NCBI RefSeq assembly: GCF_018350175.1
Contig: NC_058383.1
Coordinates: forward strand, 25,980,001 to 26,044,000
Origin: Felis catus
Taxonomy: Eukaryota
Length of the DNA: 64,000 nt
Direction of reading: 5' to 3'
A program made the translations under genes and the position numbers. The notes beneath the pieces were generated by a model that was given only the letters and a program-made list of their open reading frames with translations, searched no databases and was not told where the DNA came from. Below, piece after piece: positions 11,862 to 23,725 of the stretch (its first letter is position 1; every line of letters starts with the position of its first letter).

Positions 11862-13077
11862 CTGGCGGACAAATCCCAGACTGCCACCATCAGTTGAAGG
11901 TGATACAGAACACATTCAAATCATCTGCTCAGACCTTCTCAGGGCTACAGCGGCTCAGGGCGCAACAGTATTTCTACCGAGCCCAAGAAACGCTGCAGAG
12001 AATTTTAACACTCAGTTTGAAGGTGCACAATGCCACCCAGGGATCCGGGACCCGTGAGGCCAGACGCCAGAACCAAGGGCACTGGATGAAGTGAGGTCAA
12101 CTCTCCCCCAAACACTGTTCTCCCCCCGACAGCCAGCGCCCAAGGAGGAGCTGAAGACAGGGGCGTGCAGGGGGAGGGAGAAAGCCAGCCCTGCTCTCCC
12201 CACCAAGTTCACGAACGCTGTGGAGCCAGAGAAAGTAGCTGAGCAGGAAGTAGACAAAGAGCACCCGATTTCACGGGTCTTGTGAAGGGATCACGAGATA
12301 GACAAGGGAACAAAGTATCCACACTGAGGCACGAGAGGAAAACACATGGGAAGAAGAGCAGTGTGAAAGGCCTCGGGGCGGAAGGGAAGGTCTCAGAACA
12401 GGCAGAGAAAAACGGGAAGAGGAATGGGCAGCAGCAGTATTTGAAGGGATGGCAGCTAAGATTCTTCCAAACTAGGGGCGCCTGGGGGGCTCAGTCGGTT
12501 GAGCTTCTGACACCTGGTTTTGGCTCAGGTCATGATCTCTCAGTTTGTGGGTTTGAGCACCGCGTCAGGCTCTGAGCTAACAGTGTGGAGCCTGCTTGGG
12601 ATTCTCTCTCTCTACCCACCCTCCCGACCCTCCCTTGCTTGTACACACGCCTTCTAAGTAAATAAACTTAAAAAAAAAAAAAGAAAAAAAATTTTTTTAA
12701 ACCAAAATAGAATTTTTCCAAACTAAAGACCTCAAGCTATAGATTCAAGAAACACACATGCCCCAAGCAGGACCCACACAAAAAAGAAACAAAAACCATA
12801 CTTAGGGCCTTCATAGTAAAATGGCTAAAAAATAGAGGATTTCTTAGAACAAATAAAGACACCTTATTTTCAAAGGGTGACGATTATATTACTGTCGCAG
12901 CAGAGAGGAGAGCCAGCCGACAAAGGGATCCTACCGGTGAAGTACCAAAGAAATTAACTGCCAGACAAAAACCCTGCACCTAGTGAAACGGTCCTTCAGT
13001 CACAAAGGAAAGAGTTTCCCGTTAAAGAAAAACCAACAACAGCATGTACAGAACTACACTTTAAAAAAAAGCTACAC

Positions 13078-14787
13078 GGATTGGAAGAATAAATACTGTC
13101 AAAATGTCAATACTACCCAAAGCTATCTACACATTCAATGCAATCCCAATCAAAATTGCACCAGCATTCTTCTCGAAGCTAGAACAAGCAATCCTAAAAT
13201 TCATATGGACCACAAAAGGCCCCGAACAGCCAAAGGAATTTTGAAGAAGAAGACCAAAGCAGGAGGCATCACAATCCCAGACTTTTGCCTCTACTACAAA
13301 GCTGTCATCATCAAGACAGCATGGTATGGGCACAAAAACAGACACATAGACCAATGGAATAGAATAGAAACCCCAGAACTAGACCCACAAACGTATGGCC
13401 AACTCATCTTTGACAAAGCAGGAAAGAACATCCAATGGAAAAAAGACAGCCTCTTTAACAAATGGTGCTGGGAGAACTGGACAGCAACATGCAGAAGGTT
13501 GAAACTAGACCACTTTCTCACACCATTCACAAAAATAAACTCAAAATGGATAAAGGACCTGAATGTGAGACAGGAAACCATCAAAACCCTAGAGGAGAAA
13601 GCAGGAAAAGACCTCTGTGACCTCAGCCGTAGCAATTTCTTACTTGACACATCCCCAAAGGCAAGAGAATTAAAAGCAAAAATGAACTACTGGGACCTTA
13701 TGAAGATAAAAGGCTTCTGCACAGCCAAGGAAACAACCAACAAAACTAAAAGGCAACCAACGGAATGGGAAAAGATATTCGCAAATGACATATCGGACAA
13801 AGGGCTAGTATCCAAAATCTATAAAGAGCTCACCAAACTCCACACCCGAAAAACAACCCAGTGAAGAAATGGGCAGAAAACATGAATAGACACTTCTCTA
13901 AAGAAGACATCTGGATGGCCAACAGGCACATGAAAAGATGCTCAACGTCGCTCCTCATCAGGGAAATACAAATCAAAACCACACTCAGATATCACCTCAC
14001 ACCAGAGTGGCCAAAATGAACAAATCAGGAGACTATAGATGCTGGCGAGGATGTGGAGAAATGGGAACCCTCTTGCACTGTTGGTGGAAATGCAAACTGG
14101 TGCAGCCACTCTGGAAAACAGTGTGGAGGTTCCTCAAAAAATTAAAAATAGACCTACCCTATGACCCAGTAATACCACTGCTAGGAATTTACCCAAGGGA
14201 TACAGGAGTACTGATGCATAGGGGCACTTGTACCCCAATGTTTATAGCAGCACTCTCAACAATAGCCAAATGATGGAAGGAGCCTAAATGTCCATCAACT
14301 GATGAATGGATAAAGAAATTGTGGTTTATATGCACAAGGGAGTACAACGTGGCAATGAGAAAGAACGAAATATGGCCCTTTGTAGCAACGTGGATGGAAC
14401 TGGAGAGTGTGATGCTAAGTGAAATAAACCATACAGAGAAAGACAGATACCATATGTTTTCACTCTTATGTGGATCCTGAGAAACTTAACAGAAACCCAT
14501 GGGGGAGGGGAAGGAAAAAAAAAAAGAGGTTAGAGTGGGAGACAGCCAAAGCATAAGAGACTCTTAAAAACTGAGAACTGAGGGTTGATGGGGGGTGGGA
14601 GGGAGGGGAGGGTGGGTGATGGGTATTGAGGAGGGCACCTTTTGGGATGAGCACTGGGTGTAGTATGGAAACCAATTTGACAATAAACTTCATATATTGA
14701 AAAAAATAAAAAATAAATAGAAGCACATTTAATTGTAGTGTGATTCTGAAAGTAGTAAAAAAAAATAAAAATAAAAAAATAAAAAAT
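13078..14787 (+). mobile_element. 5'-truncated carnivore/felid LINE-1 (ORF2 C-terminal part, 3'UTR, double A-tail), frameshifted
   Basis: ORF2 peptides ([39 protein letters not shown]); G-rich 3'UTR; TSD AAAAAAAGCTACAC at 13064-13077 and 14788-14801; TT|AAAA insertion site. Confidence 0.96.
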
Positions 14788-15243
14788 AAAAAAAGCTACA
14801 CAGAGAAACAAAATGATCCCAGCTGAAAACAAAAAACTATATACATAGTATATATGTGCATACACACTGTGTATACACGTATGTACATATGTATAGGCTA
14901 TGCATACGTATCGAAGAGTAAAAAAAAAGATAAAGATATGGATAAAAAGAGATTAGTGACCACAAAAAACAGTAACTTACAGTATTTAAAATATGTGTAG
15001 GGGGCACCTGGGTGGCTCAGGGGGTTAAGTGTCTGCGTCTAACTCTTGACTTCCGCTCAGGTCATGATCCCTGGGTTGTGGGACTGAGCCCCGAGTCAAG
15101 CCCCACGCTGAGCCTGCTTCAGATTCTCTCTCTCTCTCTCTCTCTCCCTCTGCCCCTCTCCCCTGCTCTCTAAAATAAAAAAATAAATAAAATAAAACAG
15201 AGGTAGAATTAAAACTCAGGTCAATCAGCACAGAAGAGGCACT

Positions 15244-15502
15244 ATGGTATGGATGTTTGTCCCCATCCCCCCCAGCCCCCCAAATTCACTGACTGAAATT
15301 CTAACCTCGCCTTTGGGAGGTGATGAGGTCTCAAGGGAGGAGCCTCATGATAACCGGGACCCCAGAGAGCCCCCGCCCCATGAAGACACGCAGTGCAAGC
15401 ACTGGGTGAAAAGCAGGAGGCGCCTCGCCTCACCGGGCTGGCCAGACGTCCAGCCTTCAGGAGAAACAAATATTTTTTGTTGTAAGTTGCCATATCTGTG
15501 GT

Positions 15503-15535
<33 letters not shown>

Positions 15536-16100
15536 TAGCAGCAGCTCGAACGGACTAAGCCTCGGACTGAGAAGTGGGGCTGCTGCCTTAACAAATACCT
15601 AAAAACGAGGAAGCGAGTCTGGAACCGGAACGGGCACAGGCTGGAAGAGTTTTCCAAGACCGGCGAGAAAAGCCACCGCCCCGAGTGGACAGTCAGGGGC
15701 GATGATGGTGAGGGCTCAGAGAGCGCACAGGAGAGCTACAGAGAAAGCCTCACCCCTCCTGGAGAAGACACCAGGGGTTGCGAACAGAAGCTGGTGGAAC
15801 AGACGGCCTAGGCCAGACCAGCGAGGCCGCAGACGGAAACGGGGACTGTGCTACTGGACACAGAGAGGCGATCCCGGTCAGGACCCGGCGTCCCGGACTG
15901 TGCTCACGCCCTGGTGTCCTGTGGACGGCAGAACTTGTATGCGACGGAACGGGGTATTTGCAGGAGGACGTTTCTGGGCAAAGTGTTGCAGGGAGCAGCT
16001 TGGCCGTTCTCCGATTACTTACAGTAAAAACCGACCAGAGAGAAATGACTGAAAGCTGGCTCGGCTCATCAAAAGGGAAACAATTTAAAAATATGGAGAA
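15244..16100 (+). mobile_element. MaLR (MLT1-type) LTR (~15244-15560) followed by internal sequence
   Basis: TATGG..GATGTTTGTCCCC start, TTATAGCAGC..AACGGACTAAG end, then GAGAAGTGGGGCTGCTGC..AACAAATACCTAAAAA typical of a MaLR internal 5' end. Confidence 0.7.
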
Positions 16101-16102
16101 TT

Positions 16103-16284
16103 GGGGCGCCTGGGTGGCTCAGTCAGTTTGAGTGTCCAACTTCGGCCCAGGTCATGATCTCGGGGTTCGTGAGTTCGAGTCCCACATCAGGCTCTGTGCT
16201 GACAGCTTGGAGCCTGGAGCCTGCTTCCCATTCTGTGTCTCCCTCTCTCTCTCTGCCTCTCCCCCACTCACGTGTGCGTGCGCG

Positions 16285-16317
<33 letters not shown>

Positions 16318-19060
16318 AAAAATAAATATTAAAAAAAGCCTAAAAACCCCGTGGAGAATTAGGTCTCAAAGAGCGTAAAGCTGGTCCCTTTGTTCATCGG
16401 CCTGAGTGTCCCCTGAATTCACCCTCTGCCCCATTCACAGCTGTGTGCCTTCACTAGTACTTAAGGAACCCCAAATCCAACTACACCCTGCAGTTAGCCT
16501 TATGGGTGAGCCCACCCACCCAGAAACCTACTCAGTATAAGAGAACAGAGATCCCAGGTCATTTGACTTCTATCCCTTTCTAAATAAATGTGGCTTTGTG
16601 AGCACGAAAGGAGGAAGGCCAGTCAACAATACAAATTCATCTCTACTTTTTATGTTTTATTTATTTTTTTAAAGAACTACTGCTTTAACCTCTTTTGGTG
16701 GGGGAGGGGGCAGAGAATCTCGAGCAGGCTCGACATTCAGCATGGAACCCAAAATGGGGCTCGATCCCACAACCCTGGGATCATGACCTGAGCTGAAATC
16801 AAGAGTTGAATGCTCAACCGACTGAGCCACCCAGGCACCCCACTACTTTTTATTTTTTGGAAAGGAAAATCCCTATCACGATATATTGCCTGGTCTCTCT
16901 GGGTCCCATTTACCAAGCATACCCAGTCCTCCCCTTCCAAAAATATGAAATATTCTTCCTGACTCCCTTTAATTTTTTTTAAGGTTTCTTGTTTGTTTGT
17001 TTGTTTTTGAGAGAGAGCAACTGAGCATGAGCAGGGGAGGAAGAGAGAGGGAGAGAGAGAATACCAAACAGGCTCCACCCTGTCAGTGCAGAGCCTGATG
17101 CAGGGCTTGAACTCACAATCTGTGAGATCATGACCTGAGCTGAAATAAAGAGTTGGACGCTTAACCAACTCAGTTCCCCCCAAGTACCTCCCGACTCCCT
17201 TAATATGCTGCCAGCCAATCCCTGATTTATAAAATAAACAAAGACCCCCCCCCCAAGAATAAGGAAACTGGAATAACAGTTATCAGTGGCCATAACGGAG
17301 TTTAAAAATCAAATTATGCTGTTTCTCTCTTCAGATCATTCTTAACTTTATCAATAGAACTCTGAAAGGTTAATTGAGTGGAATGAGTAGAAATGTAACC
17401 GGACCTGAAATTCAGTTGCAAATGTTTTTCATCCCTGTAATAATCATTAACAAATCAATCCACAGCTGAGCAAGACTGTATCCCAAGAACAGGGTGACTG
17501 GATACACAGAATCAAATAATAGTTCTCGTTTACAATGGACTTGCTGTACAGCAGGACCCAGGCCAAGCCCTTTCCCTGCACTTCCTCGTTTAACCAACTG
17601 CCTAATGCTAAGATGCTATCATTACGCCCATTTTTCAGAGAAGCTGAGGCTTAGAGTTGAGGGGACAGCAGCACGTGACAGGGACACAAAAACCAAGGCA
17701 GCCTGACTCTCATGCAGGAAGGAGCTCTGGAGACCATCCATGGGTCATCTTAAGAACCTTAAGCAATTGTCTACCTTTGTCTTTTCTTTTAAAGAACCAA
17801 GCTTTGAAATAATTTATTTGTTTATTTGGATGAGGGAGGAGGGGCAGAGAGAGAGAGACAATCCCAAGCAAGCTCCACGTTCAGTGCTGAGTCCAACATG
17901 GGGTTCGATCCCATAACCACAAGATCATGGCCTGAGCATAAGCCAAGGGTCAGACACCTATCCTACTGAGCCACCCAGGCACCCCGAAATAGTTTTTTGT
18001 TTGTTTGTTTGTTTGTTTTTTTACAAGTTTGAAGGGAAGGAATTCCTTGGGGAAAAAAATAAATACTGTTTCTGGAGACATGTAAAAAAAAAAAAAAAAA
18101 AAGGAAACATTTACCCCTTCCGAAATTCCACATCAAACAGCTATATTTTGATCTTTCTATCGCTTCTTCCATTATTCCCTCAAATTCCCGGTCAGGCTCA
18201 GCCGTTTACCCAATGTTTGAGATGCTAAAAAGCTTGGTTGTCAATGCCTGGGTCTTTGCTAATGCCAACAGCGCCCCCCAGCGGGCATTTTCTAGAAATC
18301 CCTACCTTGCTTTTTTCCCCCCAGAACACAGCAGGTGGTAAAAATCCCCCATCATCCCAGCTTCCAAAGGCTCGTGTGCATCCTTGGCAGCTGCCACAGA
18401 AAAAGGCCAACATTTCCCACCTCCACTCCTGGCCTGGTCGCTGGCTACTCAAAGTGCGGCTCACAGATCACTTTGCAAGGGCATCACCAGGGAACTGGAA
18501 ATACCACAGATCAGGGTCTGCACATTAGCAAATTCCCTCGGGTGATTTATACCCACCTTAAAGGTTGACAACTCCCTATTTTAAGTTATTTACATCTGAT
18601 AACATGGATGCATAGAAATCGCGTTACCAGTCATCAAGTTAATCTCCTTATACTGGAAATACCGAAATCCACCAAATGCTTTTTGTTGGCTATTTTCCTT
18701 CTCAAGTGATTTTTAAGCGGCTCATGATATAGTCTGGCCACATAGTTTCTTCTCCCACAATCACAACATACCCCTCTTCCCTACCTACCCCTTCATAAAA
18801 AGGTCTTGAAGTGAAGTAGAAATGCCTGACTCAAAGGCTGGTAGGTTTTGTTTTTTTAATTTTTTTTAATGTTTGTTTATTTTTGAGAGACAGAGTGTGA
18901 GTGGGGGAGGAGCAAAGAGAGAGGGAGACACAGAATCTGAAGCAGGCTCCAGACTCTGAGCTGTCAGCACAGAGCCCGATGTGGGGCTCGAACTCACGCA
19001 CTGCGAGATCATGACCTGAGCTGAAGTCAGATGCTTACCGACTGAGCCGTTCAGGTGCCC
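16103..19060. mobile_element. CAN-SINE group: 16103-16338(+), ~16690-16840(-), ~16975-17185(-), ~17810-17985(-), 18845-19060(-)
   Basis: SINE motifs; the last copy has TSD CAAAGGCTGGTAG at 18832-18844 and 19061-19073. Confidence 0.88.
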
Positions 19061-19984
19061 CAAAGGCTGGTAGTTTTAAGGGCGCCATTGTCACAGGGAT
19101 TAGACAGAAAAGGTGATCTAAGGGGGGACTGCTGGACATCACTTGTTAGCCCAGGACACAATCTATCAGAGATATCAAAACGTGTGGGTGCAAAGAGGCA
19201 TTCTGGGGAGACCCACAACCACGCAGTGGGGTTTGGGGAGCCCTGCAACCCAGACCCCGCAGCCCAGGGCATGGGTGGGAGGTCCAGCTGCTGGGAACGG
19301 TTAGGATCACAGCCTCTGGACTCCACACCTCACTGCTCCTCGAAGGCTGTACCACTTTAAGGAAACTAACTGCTTCACCTGTCTGCCTCCATGACCTCAT
19401 CTGAAAAATGGGTTTTGAGGATTAAATGGGATGCTGCACATTCAATACTTAACACCGTGCCTGGCGTGCGCACACACACGTCTCTGTAAATGTCAAATTT
19501 AGCGACAGGAACACATTTCTCCTCTGTAGACCTTCTCTGTTTCCTCACTCATCCCACAGACTACTACTGCCCCTCCTTTCTGCCAAACCCCATGCCAGGC
19601 ACGACCAGGGTTAAAACGCAGTTCTTTTAATTTGAAGAACAACAAGTCTTGGGAGACTTTAGGGTGAACACGGCTGCCACAGGAATGTCGAGAGCACAGT
19701 CAGCTTAGGAACTTTGGAAACCCTACAAGTTAAAAGGCGTATGGCACCTCTGTGATTTAAAGTAAAACTGTCACAGGTAAAAATGTTCTGGGAAGCAGAG
19801 ATTAAAAGACCATCTCCCCGGGTTTTCTAATCAGAAAATTGCAGACAAGTTAATTGAAGCCAGATGTTTTTCATTGTTCTTGGTGTTTAAACCTTAATGA
19901 TTCCCTAAAAGGTGCTTCAAATCACTAGATCCAAGGAAACTCAGTGGCATTCAATCCAGATTTAGTGTATCAAGACTTTGGAAA

Positions 19985-20195
19985 GGGGCGCCTGGCTGGC
20001 TCAGTGGGTTAAGTGTCTGACTTCAGCTCAGGTCATAATCTCACGGTTCATGGGTTCAACCCTGCGTCACGCTCTGTGCTGACAGTTCAGAGCCCGGAGC
20101 CTGCTTCGGATTCTATGTCTCCCTCTCGCTCCGCCCTCCCCTGCTCACGAGCGCGCTCGCTCTCTCTCTCAAAAATAAACCAACATTAAAAAAAA
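19985..20195 (+). mobile_element. CAN-SINE followed by a templated insertion (see findings)
   Basis: Head GGGGCGCCTGGCTGGCTCAG, A-tail ending at 20195. Confidence 0.9.
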
Positions 20196-20401
20196 GCCTA
20201 ACTGCTTCACCTGTCTGCCTCCATGACCTCATCTGAAAAATGCGTTCTGAGGATTAAAAAATGGATTTTGAGGATTCCTTCCTTTGGAAGGAAGCTGCTT
20301 AACTGTCAGTATTTCAAGAGTCTAGAGCTGTATATTCTTTCATTTGCTCACTTACTCATTCACGGGAAACCACATTTGGAAAGAACAGAAAGTGATTTCC
20401 C

Positions 20402-21376
20402 TACCACCTCACACCTGTCAGAATGGCTAAAATGAACAACTCAGGAGACAGTGGACGTAGGCGAGGATGCAGAGAAAGGGGAACACTTTTGCACAGTTGG
20501 TGGGAATGCAAACTGGTGCAACCACTCTGGAAAACAGTGTGGAGGTTCTTCAAAAAATTAAAAATAGAGGGGCACCTGGGTGGCTCAGTCGGTTAAGTGT
20601 CCGACTTCAGATCTGGTCGTATCTTGCGGTTTGTGAGTTCGAGTCCCGCATTGGGCTCTGTGCTGACAGCTGGGAGACAGAAGCCTGCTTTGGATTCTGT
20701 GTCTCCCCCTCTCTCTGTCCCTCCCATGCACATGGTCTATCTCCGTCTCTCAATAACAAATAAACGTTAAAAGAAAAAAATTTTTAATTAAAAATAGAGC
20801 TACCCTACGACCCAGCAATTGCACTACTAGATATTTATCCAAAGGATACAAAAATGCTGATTCGAAGGGGCACATGCACCCCAATGTTTATAGCAGTTCT
20901 ATCAACAAGAGCCAAATCATGGAAAGTGCCCACACATACATCGACTGATGAATGGATAAAGAAGATGTGGGGTGTGTGTGTGTGGACTATTACCCAAAGA
21001 TCCAAAAGAATGCAATCTTGCCATTTGCAACAACATGGATGGAACTAGAATGTATTATGCCAACCAAAATAAGTCAGAGAAAGACAAATATATGATTTCA
21101 CTCACATGTGGAATTTAAGAAACAAAACATAGGGGAAGATGAACACAGGGGAAGGAAAGCAAAAGTAAGATAAAAACAGAGAGGGAGGCAAACCAGAAAA
21201 GACTCAAACTCAGAACAAACTGAGGGTTATTGGAGGGGTGTTGGGGGGGTGGTGAGCTAACTGGCTGATGGGCATTAGGAGGGCACTTGCTGTGATCACT
21301 AAATTCTACTCCTGAAATTATTACTACGCTGTATGTTAATTAGCTTCGATTTAAATTAAAAAAAAAAAAAAAAAAG
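20402..21376 (+). mobile_element. L1 3' fragment with a nested CAN-SINE (20569-~20785, TSD AATTAAAAATAGAG)
   Basis: Homologous to 13990-14700 of this window; poly(A) at ~21358-21376; TSD on both sides of the SINE. Confidence 0.9.
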
Positions 21377-22201
21377 CCCTCCTCTCCCTTTCTGAGATGC
21401 AAGGTAGGGCTCCCATCTATTCCCCAAATAAACCCACCAGAACCATCACAGCTTGTTGACTTCTTCCCGCACACACAGCACGGCTGGACCCTCAGCACGA
21501 GCCACTCCCAGCTACTCCAACCACAAGAGCCCTGCCCGGCCGGTCAGCCAGGGCACACGCTGTCCCCGCCTGATCTGAGCTCCTATTCACTCTCCGAAAC
21601 CCAATGTAAGGGTCTGCCTTTCTCAAGCCTTCCCCAAGCCCCAGGTGAAATTACATCTCATGACCCTTCTACTCGGTGTGTCTGCTCCACTAAACTAACT
21701 CCTTAAGGCCAAGGGGTACGTCCGCAGACTGTGCATCCCCCGTGCCCAGCGGGAAGCCCTGCACACAGTGGGACGACGGGCAGCCATTTCACAGAGAAGC
21801 AATCGAGTGTCGTCCAGGTGAGCCGAGTAGCACTGGAAACAGCTAGGTGTCCCCTATCATCCAGACCGAGCTGAGTCCACCACTCTTTGCACGCAGCACC
21901 CCCAGAACCTGGGACACAGGAAGCCGGGGAACTTGAGTTTTCTTTAAGGAGTGAATGGAGAGGGGAGCGTGAAAGGTGCAAGGAACGGGTAGCCGGGAGG
22001 GAACCACCCGTGGGGCCTCAGGGACCTCTTGTGGACCAGGGTAGCGGCCGGGGATTCTGCGGTCAAAACAACCGGGTACGGAATGGGAGGTTCCACCAGC
22101 GCCTCACCAAGAGAGCAATTCCCGTTGACTCACACAAGCTCACACTCGCAGAGACAGCAGCTATAGTCCCTCTCCCAAACCAACCACCACTTCTTCCTTA
22201 C

Positions 22202-22218
22202 CAGGGAAAGACGGCCAT
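22202..22218 (-). CDS. VPS35L: VPS35L coding part of exon 1 (ATGGCCGTCTTTCCCTG; MAVFPW)
   Basis: aagATGG start context, TG|gtaagg donor, inside a CpG island; MAVFPW is the recalled N-terminus and the phase fits exon 2. Confidence 0.94.
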
Positions 22219-22310
22219 CTTCCCAGTCACATGAGCAGTTGCACCAGGACCGCCAGCCCGTTTTTCCCTCCCAGACCCCGCCCCGCCCCGCCCCGCCCTG
22301 CTCCGCTCTG

Positions 22311-23190
22311 GCCGCCATGATTGAAAGGGGCAGATACTCAGCAGCTGAGCCTTGGGAGCGCCATGATTGTGAGGGGCGGACCGCTGAGCAGTTCGTCGGC
22401 GCCATAATCATGAGGGGCAACGCACGTCTGCTAGCCTTTCGTCGGCGCCATGATCGTGCGTAGCAAACGCACTTCCGTTGTGCTGTGACGCCATGATTGT
22501 GAAGGGTAGATGCCCTCACTCAAAAACGGTTATGGGGACGGGAACCAGCATCGAAGAGCCAACGCTGTGGGCACCGTGATCTTAAGGGGCAGGCAAACTT
22601 CCGCTGAGTGTTTCCGCGACGCCATGATTGTGAAGGTCAGGCATACGTCTCCCCACCCCCATCCCGTCCACCACTTCCGGAGGGTACGTACACTTCTAGA
22701 GCGCCTCCCCAGATGCCATGATTGTGAAGGGCAGGTAAACTTCCGGGGCACTATCCTAGAGGCCGTAATTGTGCCACCATGATTGTGAGGACAAACGTCC
22801 TCCCTCGGTGCCCAGATAACGCCGTCAGCCAGCACTTAGTTGTGGGGGCGGGCGCCAGTGTCGAAAAACCGATGCTTATGCCGTTTGCCAGCACCGTTGT
22901 CGCAATGGGCAGACACACTGCCGCTGCACTGCGACGCCATGATTATGAGGGGCGAACATACTTTCGGAGCGCTGTCCGCGGCGCCATGATTACGAGGGGT
23001 GGGCGTGCTTTCGCTGAGGGCCTCTATGGCGCCATGATTGTGATGGGCACGCGCCCTTCCTGGTGGGCTACTGTGGTGCCATGATAGTAAGGGGCGAACG
23101 CATTTCCCCTGCGTCGTGCGCGATGCCATGATTGTGAGGGGCAAGGCGCCTGTGTCGTCCGCCAGTTGCCATGATTGTAAAGGACAGACA
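22311..23190. repeat. Degenerate tandem array, unit ~41-48 bp, core GCCATGATTGTGAGGGGC
   Basis: CCAT cores at 22315, 22361, 22402, 22448, 22491, 22622, 22716, 22777, 22937, 22984, 23032, 23079, 23126 and 23169; decayed CCGT versions at 22574, 22763 and 22894. Confidence 0.95.
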
Positions 23191-23605
23191 TAGCACACAC
23201 ACACCCCCCCGGGAGGCGTGTCCGCAACACTAATGTACAGCGTGTTTGAGAAGGGGCAAGCAGGCTGCCTAACCCACCTTCGCCTTCTGGGTGCAAACAA
23301 GAATCCGGAGACAGGCGGAGCGAAGACGCTAACCGTGGCTGGGTGTGGGGAAAGGGTCTGTGGGGTTCGTGCGGTTTTACAGCTAATTCGCTATTTGGCT
23401 GGGGTAAACCATGCCGACGCTTTCCCCTCCCCGCGTCTCTAAGGGTTGCCCTGGATCCGAATAGACCGCCTTCATCTGGAGCAAAATCACATGAGGAAGT
23501 TGGGGCTAGCTTCTCACCCAGCTTGACAAAGCTGTACGTTTCTGTAAAGGTGGACACCGGCTTCAACCCCAGAACTTATGTTGTCGTGTTTTCTCGGGTT
23601 ACTAT

Positions 23606-23630
23606 GTATACACACACACACACACATACA

Positions 23631-23666
<36 letters not shown>

Positions 23667-23725
23667 CATACGTATATATGTACACACATACGTACTCGGG
23701 TTACTATATATATAATATATATATA
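23606..23725. repeat. Compound (CA)n/(TACA)n/(TA)n microsatellite
   Basis: Directly visible. Confidence 0.95.

Larger units (their letters stand above)
21950..23500. promoter_or_regulatory. VPS35L CpG-island promoter with tandem GC boxes (CCCCG repeats, ~22276-22298) and several ACTTCCG ETS motifs
   Basis: High CpG density around exon 1; GGGGCGGGG repeats on the minus strand 60-80 nt upstream of the ATG. Confidence 0.85.

Noticed and set aside
12983..13864. 293-aa ORF as a host gene
   Set aside because: It is a frameshifted piece of L1 ORF2 joined to flanking sequence
22311..23190. CRISPR array call for the repeat-spacer structure
   Set aside because: Mammalian CpG-island context, degenerate repeats, spacers sharing residual similarity, and no cas genes or leader
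22239..23566. Overlapping 70-180 aa ORFs across the VPS35L island
   Set aside because: Expected in GC-rich, stop-poor repeat sequence; recurring peptides (RHDCEG, AMIV) simply mirror the DNA unit
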